In this document: positions 8,972 through 18,615 of the stretch, in pieces
Layout: each line of letters starts with the position of its first letter
Numbering within the stretch: position 1 is the first letter of the stretch
Assembly (NCBI GenBank): GCA_035645575.1
Contig: DASQMK010000604.1
Span: 1-41,435 of the forward strand
Direction: 5' to 3'
From: Metabacillus sp.
GTDB lineage: Bacteria; Bacillota; Bacilli; Bacillales; Bacillaceae
DNA: 41,435 nt
Program-made: the position numbers and the translations under genes
The notes under the pieces: model-generated
Databases searched by the model: none
What the model was told of the DNA's origin: nothing
The model's input: only the letters and a program-made list of their open reading frames with translations

Positions 8972-10819
8972 TTGGAGTTGGAAAGATTGAACCTTTTCTT
9001 CGGATTTTTATCTAAACATTTCACAAATAAGAGTATCCAATTTCAACTTTTAATTACACATATTTTGGTTATTCTTATCCCGATTATTATTATAGCAGCA
9101 ATATCCTATGTAACGACATCCAGAATCATAACCAAGGAAGTTACTGAAGGTAATGAGCAGTTAGTAGAAGGCATTGAAAGAAATATCCGAATGTATTTAA
9201 AGCAGTTGGAAAATGATTCAAAGATTTTTTCTGCAAGAGTGATTAATAATAATATCCAATTAAATGAGGATAGTATGTTAACGAACGTTGATACATTAGA
9301 AAACATAAAAAAAGTGAATGATTACCTATATAGTACCTTTGATTCTTCAAACGAATATAACAGTATCAGAATATTTTCTAATAATGGTGATTTTATAAAT
9401 AGTTCGTATAACAAGAAGGACTTTCATTTGTTTTCATATGATTCTCCAGAAGATGAACAGTGGAGAAAGCGGATGTTTGAAAATAAAAAGGATGAACTAA
9501 TCGTTGATATACATCCTATTGAAAAGGGAGGAGAATATAGCTTTACTGCCTCCAAACCGGTTATTAATCCATTTAATGGAGATAGAATAGGTTATATATC
9601 TTTTGATAAAACACTTGCTTCTTTTGGTGATATATTTAAGCAGTTTGAAAATAGAAAAGGCAGCTCAGTTCAAATCATAAATCCAGATCATACCATTTTG
9701 TACCATACCAAACAAACTTTAAATGGTACGTCTGCTAATAAAGATTTAATAGAAAGGGCAGCAAACTCGAATGATAGGAGTTTTTCAACTGTAGTAGAGG
9801 GGGAAAAACTGCTGATTGTTTCTCGCAAAATTGAGGGGCATGATCTTTTGATCATTGGATCACTAGAGGAGAAATTTCTTTCAGATCAATTACAATCTTT
9901 ACGAAACATTATTCTTGTTATTAGTATCATTTCATTACTACTCGTATTAATTTTATCCATCATTCTATCAATAAAGTTATCAAATCCAATAAAACAGTTA
10001 AGTAGATATATGAGTTTAGTAGAGGATGGTAATCTTGAAATAACGATGAATGTTCCAAAGGCAAACATTGAAACAGATGTATTAACCCGAAGCTTTACAA
10101 CTATGGTGAAGAAAATTAAGGAATTAATTAAAACTCAATATGAATCAGAGATTCATAGAAAAAATGCAGAATTAAAGGCACTGTTAATGCAAATAAACCC
10201 ACATTTTCTTTATAATACGCTCGAGGTAATTGAGGGGATCGCAGACCATAGAGAAGTTTACGAAATTTCAGATATCTCTCAAGCATTAAGTAAAATGCTG
10301 CGATATAGTATTGACTTAAAACGGGAAAAGGTAACTGTACAACAAGAAGTAGTAAATTGCCTGGATTTTTTTCTCATTCTTAAAAGTAGGTTTGAAGATC
10401 AATTAATCATCGAGCATGATGTAGATCCTCAATTTGTGAAGTACATGATGGTAAAAATGATTCTCCAACCATTAATTGAAAACTCAATCAAACATGGAGT
10501 AGAAAAAAAAATTGGGATTGGATTTATCAAATTAACTGTTTCAGGTGCAGAAGATAAAGTCGTTATTAAAATCGAAGATAATGGGGTAGGGTTTGCAGAG
10601 GAGAAATATCAAGAATTTCACACATTTATGAAGCAGACAGGAATGGCTGCTTCTAGTCTTTCAAGTCGCAAGAGTCTGGGATTAAAGAATGTGTATTCAA
10701 GACTGAAAATGGTCTTTGGTGAGGAATTAGATTTTATTATTCAGAGTACAGCAGGTGAGGGAACGATTATCACTATAAAATTCCCTGCAGTGGAAACATT
10801 CCAGGATAGGGGAGTCTAA
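8972..10819 (+). CDS. YesM/LytS-type sensor histidine kinase (Cache-HAMP-His_kinase-HATPase)
   Basis: Two TM helices around an extracellular domain; LKALLMQINPHFLYNTL, LQPLIENSIKHG, IEDNGVG. Exact start uncertain. Confidence 0.9.
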   Translation: MELERLNLFFGFLSKHFTNKSIQFQLLITHILVILIPIIIIAAISYVTTSRIITKEVTEGNEQLVEGIERNIRMYLKQLENDSKIFSARVINNNIQLNEDSMLTNVDTLENIKKVNDYLYSTFDSSNEYNSIRIFSNNGDFINSSYNKKDFHLFSYDSPEDEQWRKRMFENKKDELIVDIHPIEKGGEYSFTASKPVINPFNGDRIGYISFDKTLASFGDIFKQFENRKGSSVQIINPDHTILYHTKQTLNGTSANKDLIERAANSNDRSFSTVVEGEKLLIVSRKIEGHDLLIIGSLEEKFLSDQLQSLRNIILVISIISLLLVLILSIILSIKLSNPIKQLSRYMSLVEDGNLEITMNVPKANIETDVLTRSFTTMVKKIKELIKTQYESEIHRKNAELKALLMQINPHFLYNTLEVIEGIADHREVYEISDISQALSKMLRYSIDLKREKVTVQQEVVNCLDFFLILKSRFEDQLIIEHDVDPQFVKYMMVKMILQPLIENSIKHGVEKKIGIGFIKLTVSGAEDKVVIKIEDNGVGFAEEKYQEFHTFMKQTGMAASSLSSRKSLGLKNVYSRLKMVFGEELDFIIQSTAGEGTIITIKFPAVETFQDRGV

Positions 10820-10820
10820 C

Positions 10821-12437
10821 ATGAAGGATGATCAATTGAATACCCTTATTGTTATTGAAGATGAAATAGCCGTTAGAAGAAGTATTATCGGAAAAATACG
10901 CAGAGAAAAATTGCCTTTAATGATACAAGGAGAATTTCAAAATGCTGAAGAAGCATATGAAGAACTAAAAAAAAATCCTCCGGAAATGGTCCTTCTTGAT
11001 ATGCGAATGCCTGGAATGGGAGGAATGAAGTTTCTTGAAATTTTATCGAGGGAATTTCCTGAGATTCAAGTGATTGTTTTGAGTGGTTATTCAGAATTTG
11101 AATACTTGCAAAAAGCGATAAAATGCGGAGCAAAGGATTACTTGTTAAAGCCTGTTGTTCGTGAAGACCTTAAAAATGCTTTGGAGAAAGCCATTAAAAA
11201 TGTAAGTGATATTCAGCAAAAAAAGAAAAAAGAAGAAAAGCTGGATTTATTTTTAAAGAATAATGTCTCTTTAGTTAAAGCTAATTTAATAAATAAGCTT
11301 ATAAAAGGTACAGAAAAATTTGACATAACCGAAGACCTTAAACATTTTAAGGAATTTTCATCATGTAAGACTTTTTTATTTGTAAACGGCAAGATCAAGA
11401 ATTTTACAGCATTAAAAGAGCTAAGTCTAAACATATACGAAAAAATTGAGGAGATGCTGACGAAATCCTTTGAAAAGCTGATCACTCTATCAAATATTGG
11501 CCATACTCAAAATGAAGATGAATTTCAGTGTATCGTTGGTTTTAAAGAAACTCATGATAAAATAGCCCACTCTCACTTCAAATCAAAGCTTGAGGAGAGT
11601 TTGATCAATGTCAGTGATTCTGAAAATATTGTTCTACATCTATCAATTAGCAACCTTTATCAGGACCTTTTAGTAACACGCAATCAATACGTAGAAACAA
11701 TTTTTAATACCATAACACTTGGAAGCAAACCATCCTTATGCACTGTAGATACTAATGAAAACTTAGCTGAACCTATTTTGAAGCAAGAAGAAGTAGAGCA
11801 AATGCTTTGTTATGTAAGGGGTTACAATCGGAAGGAGATCGTTTTAACAGTAAATAAATGGTTTGAATCTTTGGTTAAGGAAAGAAAGGATTTAGTCTTT
11901 GCTCAACGATTATCTTTTGAAATTCTAAGATCTGTCGAAGGTGCTATTTTAAATGAATCGAACATTGATGGTTTGACTTCTAACTATGGAATGTTAACTT
12001 TCTATGATTTTATAAAATCCTACAATAACATTGAGGACATTAAGTACAGAATCATTTCTTCGCTAATTACACTATCGGAAAAATATGAAAAGAAACAAAA
12101 TAAACCAATCAATGATTTGATTTTAGAAGCCAAACAGATTATAGATGAAAAATTTCATGGAGAAATTACCCTTGAATCCATTGCGAGCAAACTTCATATA
12201 AATAAATCTTATTTAAGTGAACTTTTTAAAGCAGAAGTAGGGTTAACTTTTAATAAATATTTAAATTGGGTAAGAATTGAAAAGTCAAAGGAACTCCTCG
12301 TTGTTCACGACTTAAATCCATCAAAGATTCCAGAACTAGTAGGCTATAAAGATTATGTGTATTTTTCTATCGTTTTCAAAAAATTCACAGGCTTACCTCC
12401 TGGTGAGTTTAAGCAAAGAAATAAGGGGATTTCTTAG
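10821..12437 (+). CDS. YesN-type response regulator (receiver + AraC HTH)
   Basis: LLDMRMPGMGG, SGYSEFEY, DYLLKP; C-terminal AraC motifs SYLSELFK...VGYKDYVYFSIVFKKFTG. Confidence 0.9.
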   Translation: MKDDQLNTLIVIEDEIAVRRSIIGKIRREKLPLMIQGEFQNAEEAYEELKKNPPEMVLLDMRMPGMGGMKFLEILSREFPEIQVIVLSGYSEFEYLQKAIKCGAKDYLLKPVVREDLKNALEKAIKNVSDIQQKKKKEEKLDLFLKNNVSLVKANLINKLIKGTEKFDITEDLKHFKEFSSCKTFLFVNGKIKNFTALKELSLNIYEKIEEMLTKSFEKLITLSNIGHTQNEDEFQCIVGFKETHDKIAHSHFKSKLEESLINVSDSENIVLHLSISNLYQDLLVTRNQYVETIFNTITLGSKPSLCTVDTNENLAEPILKQEEVEQMLCYVRGYNRKEIVLTVNKWFESLVKERKDLVFAQRLSFEILRSVEGAILNESNIDGLTSNYGMLTFYDFIKSYNNIEDIKYRIISSLITLSEKYEKKQNKPINDLILEAKQIIDEKFHGEITLESIASKLHINKSYLSELFKAEVGLTFNKYLNWVRIEKSKELLVVHDLNPSKIPELVGYKDYVYFSIVFKKFTGLPPGEFKQRNKGIS

Positions 12438-12501
12438 GTCCACAAAATAAATTAAGACTAGTAATCTTTAAAACTCTAATAAAGAAAGGTTGGAATAGAA
12501 T

Positions 12502-13701
12502 ATGAAAAACACAATTGAACAGTTATTAGAAGAGGGACATGGAGTATTACGACTCGCGCCGACTTGGGTGCCGCGATCTTTTTGCCGCCCTGGTAAACGG
12601 ATGAAATTGCATCCTGATGATTTATATGTATTGGGTTTATCACGAGGTGGAATCAATGAGCGTTGGTTTGCTTCCACTACAAATGCCGTAAATGGGCCGG
12701 ATACTCCTGAAGATGAAGGGTTAAGTTATGTTGTTTCGTCCAACGGAAAAGAACGAGTTCTCCTTAAAGATGTTGTTAGTGAACTAAAAGAAAGAGCAAT
12801 TGGTGAAGATATTTGGACTAAGTACAAGGAGTGGCCGGTATACTCTAAACTATTTGATAACCTTGGACCACTTCCTCATCACATTCATCATAATGATGAA
12901 GCAGCTGCACGTGTCGGGCAAAAGGGAAAACCTGAGATGTATTTTTATCCAGCTCAATTAAATAACCATGGCGGAGAATTTCCTTACACCTTCTTTGGAA
13001 TCAATCCAGGAGTTGAAAAAGAACAAATCAAAGAAGCACTAATGAATTTTTCAAAAGGGGATAATCGAATCACTGATTTGTCCCGGTCGTTTAAATTAAC
13101 CTTAGATACAGGCTGGGATGTACCTCCAGGGATTCTACACGCTCCAGGAAGTCTTTGTACATATGAGCCGCAATTTGCTTCAGATGTTTATGCGATGTAC
13201 CAGTCAGTCTTACACGGGGAACACGCAGTACCAGAGGAATTACTATGGAAGGATACACCTGAAGAAGAGGTTGGAAATTACGACTATTTAATGAGTATCA
13301 TAGACTGGGAGAAAAATACGGATCCTGATTTTTATAAAAATTATTTTATGGCTCCTAAGCCTGTCCGTCCGCTAGAAGAAATGCAGGCAGAAGGATATGT
13401 GGAAGAATGGATTTGTTATAAAAGTAATGTTGTGTCAGCGAAAAGACTTACCGTCTTCCCTGGTCAAACTGTAACAATCACTGACAGTGCAGCATATGGC
13501 TTCTATATGCTGCAGGGGCATGGTAAGTTCGGGGTTTGGGACATTGAAACACCTTCAATGATCCGATACGGACAATTAACAAACGATGAATTCTTTGTTA
13601 CCGAACCAGCAGCAAAGACAGGTGTTACGGTTACGAATCACTCAACAACAGAACCAATCGTTCTTCTCAAACACTATGCTGGGAATAGCTTACTTAGGTA
13701 G
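12502..13701 (+). CDS. Type I phosphomannose-isomerase-like cupin protein, substrate unknown
   Basis: INERWFAS; SKLFDN-GPLPHHIH...KPEMYFY...GILHAPG parallels the PMI cupin metal-binding motifs; second C-terminal cupin. Confidence 0.7.
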   Translation: MKNTIEQLLEEGHGVLRLAPTWVPRSFCRPGKRMKLHPDDLYVLGLSRGGINERWFASTTNAVNGPDTPEDEGLSYVVSSNGKERVLLKDVVSELKERAIGEDIWTKYKEWPVYSKLFDNLGPLPHHIHHNDEAAARVGQKGKPEMYFYPAQLNNHGGEFPYTFFGINPGVEKEQIKEALMNFSKGDNRITDLSRSFKLTLDTGWDVPPGILHAPGSLCTYEPQFASDVYAMYQSVLHGEHAVPEELLWKDTPEEEVGNYDYLMSIIDWEKNTDPDFYKNYFMAPKPVRPLEEMQAEGYVEEWICYKSNVVSAKRLTVFPGQTVTITDSAAYGFYMLQGHGKFGVWDIETPSMIRYGQLTNDEFFVTEPAAKTGVTVTNHSTTEPIVLLKHYAGNSLLR

Positions 13702-13719
13702 AATTTATAAATTTAGTTC

Positions 13720-13755
13720 GAGATAGAGTAGACTGATATGGTCTACTCTATCTTT
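13720..13755 (+). terminator. Hairpin terminator after the cupin gene
   Basis: agatagagtagac-tgatatg-gtctactctatct followed by tt. Confidence 0.75.
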
Positions 13756-14394
13756 CGAAAGAAACCAAATTACCCTAACGCGACCTTTGAAAATATGTGA
13801 TCTTAATTTTATGTAGTAAAGTTAGAAAGATTTTAAAGCCATAGTTAGAGTTATCTTTAGAAATATATAATGGGTTTCATAGAAGAAGAATATATTGGAA
13901 ATTCTTTCATTTGCTTTCAAACCTCTCACTTATAATAATAAACTTTTTAATTTTAATATTTGGAGCCACTAGCTTAGATATAGTATTTGTTTTCATTTCC
14001 AGTATCTCTAAGAAACAAAATGTAAATCCTACGTTATATCATAAGAAAATTCTTAAAGCTTTTGTATTATCGAGTTTAGTAATCTAATCTTGTTTATTTT
14101 GAATAATGAAACAGGTAATAGATACATTATTAAAAAGCAATTTCTAAATCATGAAAATTATAAATTTAAAGCTACCTGCCAATATAATTTTCTCACTGGT
14201 GTCATATTTAACGACATAGAAATTACCCATATTCATTGCATCTATATCATTTTGTCATTCTGTTAACTTTTGGGTTACATCTTTTATTTTTGTTAGATAT
14301 AAATTTGAAAATGAACAAAAGAAAAAGATTAACATATTTTTAGAAGAAAAAAAGTGTCAATCCTACACTCATAAGAATTTCTCTCCATCTCGTT

Positions 14395-15660
14395 TCATTC
14401 TAACACTTTAGTTGGTGTTGCTTTTTTTACTATGATAATGCCGTCGTAAGCCTGATCAGGCACCATTTCAATCGTATAAAACCTCTTTAATAGCTTATAC
14501 CATACGCGAAAGTCGTCGCCTATATTTGCCATTTTTTGATTACTTGAAATGATAGTCAACAATTCATCCGACTCACGGCTCTTTTCAAAATCAACGTAAA
14601 AGATATTTTGCTCAACTCCACTGAATGCATCAACTAAATCATTATGATTTTTAAGTGTATAAATTTTGCGTTTGTCAGAACCTCTGTTCAATGCCTGAAA
14701 TTTGCTGTTTATAAAATCAGTACCTATTGCAAAATACTTCTCTCCAAATACCTCATCTAAATAATGTCCCATCGATTTATAGCCAGCAAGTGAGGCAGAC
14801 GTTTTTTCGACATGTCCATTATGTCCGGTGAAGAATACTTTATCATGTCCATGGTCTTTTTCAAATTCAATAATCCATTGTAAATTTTCAGCTAAATATT
14901 GGTCGCGAAGATCTGTGTAGTTTTCTTCATTTAAAAACAGTTGTGTACGCTGCTTCATATTCTGTGCATAGGCTGTGGCAAACGCAAAGTCATCAGGAGA
15001 TGAATGTTCCAAGTAATTCGCTTTATTAGATTGTAAATCTTGAATGATATCATTGATCGTTTCATCTACTTTTTCTAACTGATCAGTTGTTAATTCTCGC
15101 ATCGTTTCGTTGGAAACATGTTTTAATTGATCTGCGTACTTATTTGCAGCATCCTTGTTTACACCAGCATAATAATCAAGTAGTTCCTTTTTACTGAAGT
15201 CATATCGCTGCATATCATTACCATAAAAACGTATTTTCTCATCCTCTTTAACCGACTCATTATAATCGTGCATCCATTGAACAAGATTAATCATTTGTTC
15301 GGTTTTATAAATACTATAATCAAGGATATTTACAGCGGCTTCTGCAGTACCTTCTCCATTTACTATATATTTGTTAATCTGCTGCCCGCCTCCGAAATCA
15401 CCTTCTAAGATAAAGACGCGGACATTTTCTTTTTTCATGAATGTTTCAAAGACCTGTTTTTTTAACTCTTGAAATTCAATGTTCCCATGTGTTGCTTCTC
15501 CCAACCCAATGACTTCCACATCATCTGGAATGTCCATTTGATCCACTGTTGAAATATATTGATCCGCGTTATCTATGGTTTCACCTTTCCCACAACCCGA
15601 TAATAAAACAGTAAAAGAAATGACTGCTATGAATAAAGTACAGCTTTTCAAAAATGTCAT
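14395..15660 (-). CDS. Erythromycin esterase (Ere) family lipoprotein
   Basis: VIGLGEATHG, LEGDF, YGNDMQ, RDQYLAENLQW, GHNGHV, YDGII; lipobox LLSGC. Confidence 0.85.
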   Translation of the reverse strand: MTFLKSCTLFIAVISFTVLLSGCGKGETIDNADQYISTVDQMDIPDDVEVIGLGEATHGNIEFQELKKQVFETFMKKENVRVFILEGDFGGGQQINKYIVNGEGTAEAAVNILDYSIYKTEQMINLVQWMHDYNESVKEDEKIRFYGNDMQRYDFSKKELLDYYAGVNKDAANKYADQLKHVSNETMRELTTDQLEKVDETINDIIQDLQSNKANYLEHSSPDDFAFATAYAQNMKQRTQLFLNEENYTDLRDQYLAENLQWIIEFEKDHGHDKVFFTGHNGHVEKTSASLAGYKSMGHYLDEVFGEKYFAIGTDFINSKFQALNRGSDKRKIYTLKNHNDLVDAFSGVEQNIFYVDFEKSRESDELLTIISSNQKMANIGDDFRVWYKLLKRFYTIEMVPDQAYDGIIIVKKATPTKVLE

Positions 15661-16194
15661 TTGTTTCCCTCAACTTTCTATTTTTGACTAAATTAATCAT
15701 ATTGGTTAGCACATAATTAAATTTAATTAAATTAAATGATACATTAGCAGTTTTAAATTTAGTTTAAATCTGAGTTATTTATATTTAAAATTGTTGGAGA
15801 AAAGCGGAAATAATATGAATTTCTTTTTGAATTTTGATCGGATTAGAAGAAGGTTAGTGTGTTCGTTGGAATAGTAAGATGTATGAAATATCAACTAAGT
15901 TTGTTTGAAGCTATTCTCTTAATGATATTTTTGTGAATTTGCATTTAAATATTTAAACTTGTGGAGCGAGGAGCTGCTCGTGCTGCAAGAAAGGGTACAA
16001 CATCAGTCTTGGGAAGGATAAGCTTAACTACAATTTACCTATGAAAGAAATTGGTGAAATGAGTTTTATTGGGTAGTCCCTGAAAAGTAAATAAAGGAAA
16101 GATCAAAGTGTTAGTTTGAAGGTGTAAAGTTTTCTTTTTCTAGTTTTGGAGGTAAAAGAACAGTAATAGATTTATTGAATAAAGAAATTGCGAT

Positions 16195-16223
16195 AGAACA
16201 CATGTTCTTATTCGTGTTATAAT
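16195..16223 (+). promoter_or_regulatory. LexA (Cheo) box with an extended -10 promoter; no intact downstream gene
   Basis: AGAACACATGTTCT (GAAC-N4-GTTC) at 16195-16208; TGtTATAAT ending at 16223. Confidence 0.6.
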
Positions 16224-16397
16224 AGAATTGCGATACTTAGGTAACTCAAGGGTGGATAAATTGGTTTTCAATGACAAAAGTCATAAGATTTTGTAGAGAG
16301 TTCAGATGGGAAGTAGAAAAATGATAATAAAATATGTTTAACAAAGAAGGAGAAATGACTTACATGTTAAACTATCTCGATCCATAACCAGCTTTTG

Positions 16398-16592
16398 CCA
16401 CGAGTGTACTATTCAACCATTATGAAATCTTATATGACCGAATTAATGTAAGAGAAATATCTCCAATGACCAAAGCGGATTACGAGGTAGGAGGGACGAC
16501 TGCATTATTGGATGCAATCGGCTTTTGCATCCAAAAAGCCGCAAATGTACAAAAATACACAAAAGAGGATGAACGAGCGGATAAGGTACTAC
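16398..16592 (+). pseudogene. Internal fragment of a vWA-domain protein
   Basis: TSVLFNHYEILYDRINVREISPMTKADYEVGGTTALLDAIG...KVL resembles Firmicute vWA proteins; the N-terminal DxSxS and the C-terminus are missing. Confidence 0.6.
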
Positions 16593-16846
16593 ATAAACTG
16601 ATTTGGTTGATTGAAGCGAGAATCCTGGAGCTCCAATCAACCATACCAATCCTTATTACAAAGCAACAAAGCTTGCGAAATCAGCTTTTTTATACAACAA
16701 ATCTAATCGTAAATTTATTCACGTGACGGAATCAACAGCTAATGAATAATTGAAAGGAACAATTCCTAAAATTTGGGCAAATAGGCAAGTTACCAAAACC
16801 AACTTCTGGTAATAATTTATCTTTATAAGACGAAGGGAGTGAGAAA

Positions 16847-17323
16847 ATGGGGAGACGAATAAAACATACTTCACGTGACGTGGAGGAATTAGCGAGGCTC
16901 ATGCTGGCGGAAGCGACCGGTGAAGGTGTCGAAGGGATGAACATGGTGGGGACAGTTGTGTCCAATCGGGTCGAGGCTGACTGTGCTCCTGACTTCAAAG
17001 GGTTGCGCAATATCAGACACGCGATTTATCAAACCATACCTGGAACTGATATTCCTCACTTCGAGCCCGTCTTAAATGGAACATTGTATACACAACGTCC
17101 CAACGAAGCTGATCTCCAGAGGGCTAGGAATTTGTTGCATGGTAATAGGGAAGCACGGTCCAGAATGAGTTTGTGGTTTTTTAACCCCAGTCCAGGGAAA
17201 AAATTCCGGGCACCTTGTACCCCTACGATGCCAAGATCACCCATGACCCAGTTCGACTTTGCACATAAGAGTCATTGTTTCTATATCGGTGTACCGGGCT
17301 ATTGCCCAGAGTTTTACAGATAA
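16847..17323 (+). CDS. cwlJ: Spore cortex-lytic cell wall hydrolase CwlJ family
   Basis: LARLMLAEATGEG..GM.MVG.V..NRV, FEPV, SLWFFNP, KSHCFY; adjacent to gerQ. Confidence 0.85.
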   Translation: MGRRIKHTSRDVEELARLMLAEATGEGVEGMNMVGTVVSNRVEADCAPDFKGLRNIRHAIYQTIPGTDIPHFEPVLNGTLYTQRPNEADLQRARNLLHGNREARSRMSLWFFNPSPGKKFRAPCTPTMPRSPMTQFDFAHKSHCFYIGVPGYCPEFYR

Positions 17324-17347
17324 ATTAAAAAGGAGTTTAATTATCTC

Positions 17348-17797
17348 ATGACTTGTGGAGTTTCTAATTATTATCCAATGAATTATTATCATGGTTTTAA
17401 TCCCACTTCAATGATGCGGGAAAGTAATACACAACAACCTGGCGTCCTCCCTGCGACTATGGGACCTTCCTATGGTGTCCCAGTGGTTCCGGTCGGGACT
17501 GGGCAGGGAGGCATGATGGAAGAATCATTTATCGAAAATATCCTACGTTACAATAAAGGTAAAATCGGTACTTTCTATTTTACTTATCAAGGTAACAACA
17601 AATGGAATGCAATGATTTACTACGGACGCGTAGAAACAGCTGGTCGTGACCACCTCATCATCAGCGACCCGTCCACCGGTAAACGCTATCTGTTGATGAT
17701 GGCAAATCTCGACTGGGTAGAATTCGGAGAACAAATTAACTATCCTCAAACGGCAATTAATCCCGATGTTCAGGCATCTATGACGACATCGGAGTGA
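17348..17797 (+). CDS. gerQ: Spore coat protein GerQ
   Basis: EESFIENILRYNKGK...FTYQGN..WN...GRVETAGRDHLIISDP.TGKRYLLMM.NLDWVEF. Confidence 0.88.
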   Translation: MTCGVSNYYPMNYYHGFNPTSMMRESNTQQPGVLPATMGPSYGVPVVPVGTGQGGMMEESFIENILRYNKGKIGTFYFTYQGNNKWNAMIYYGRVETAGRDHLIISDPSTGKRYLLMMANLDWVEFGEQINYPQTAINPDVQASMTTSE

Positions 17798-17810
17798 GTT
17801 CTTAGAACAT

Positions 17811-17850
17811 AAAAAATCCGCTTACTTCTTTTGGAAATGAGCGGTTTTTT
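17811..17850 (+). terminator. Terminator after gerQ
   Basis: ccgctta...tgagcgg hairpin followed by a T-run. Confidence 0.65.
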
Positions 17851-18161
17851 AATTTTGTGCACATTTACAATGCACATTCGACAATAAATAGAAGCGAACG
17901 TTTTGCCTCTTAGGTTGCAACAAGGCTAAATGGATTTCCTTTTGGAATAGATGAGGACTTCGCGGTTGACTACCACGCTGACAACATTGGAACAAAATTA
18001 AATTATGAATCTGTAAGCGAAGCTGAATAAAGCTTCGGAGTGGTAAGGAAATTGATCGAAGTTAGAAAAAGGAATTGAACATGAATATAAGCGAGCGTCA
18101 TTCATGAAATAATTATTAGACTAAAATACCAATCCAAATAGATCTTAAAAGGAGGTTAAAT

Positions 18162-18393
18162 ATGTGGAGTTTAAAGAATAATCAATTAAAAAAATGGCGA
18201 AAAGAAATTGAAGTGGATATCAGTAAAACAGTATATTAATATGCTAGAGAACATGTACCGTAATGGAATATATATCGATGAAAAACAAATTGACTCCATA
18301 TTGGGAAAGAAAAGGGGGGGTATTAGTGAAAGTATAGGTGCTTCTATTACTTATTATAAATTTACTTTCGGAATAATTTATTTACTAGAATAA
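18162..18393 (+). pseudogene. Small ORF with a strong RBS, probably frameshifted
   Basis: AAGGAGG-N6-ATG at 18162 gives 25 codons only; an overlapping +1 frame (18208-18393) continues across an A-run. Confidence 0.3.
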
Positions 18394-18406
18394 TATTATG
18401 TAAACT
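18380..18406. other. dif-like Xer (RipX/CodV) recombination site, degenerate
   Basis: ATTTACTAGAA-TAATA-TTATGTAAACT versus B. subtilis dif ACTTCCTAGAA-TATATA-TTATGTAAACT; spacer is one base short. Confidence 0.55.
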
Positions 18407-18615
18407 AAAAAGAACAAGGCTAAAAGATCCTATAATTAACATTTAAAAATTAGATTATAAAAGCAGTGTGTCTCCTATCTCAACAGGAACAATTTAGACT
18501 ACTCTAGCCGTTTTTTACAAATTTCTTCCTCAGCAAATATACTAACTAAAAACAAATTGCTACTGAGTCAAGCATAGATAAGTGATATCATACTAATATG
18601 AGGAGGGCTATACGA

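Noticed and set aside
2627-12677. Short ORFs overlapping glpQ and the sugar locus (e.g. 2627-2887, 6681-7010, 10885-11133, 11213-11485)
   Set aside because: They overlap well-supported genes in other frames and look like shadows.
13800-14390. Possible gene in an AT-rich gap (e.g. minus-strand MNMGNFYVVKYDTSEKII...)
   Set aside because: Short, stop-interrupted, with no RBS or recognisable family; at most a remnant.
14395-15660. Calling the Ere-family gene a macrolide resistance determinant
   Set aside because: Family membership alone does not show activity; some Bacillus homologues do not hydrolyse macrolides.
15958-16077. Cys-rich reading TCGARSCSCCKKG...
   Set aside because: No start codon or RBS; other frames are equally plausible.
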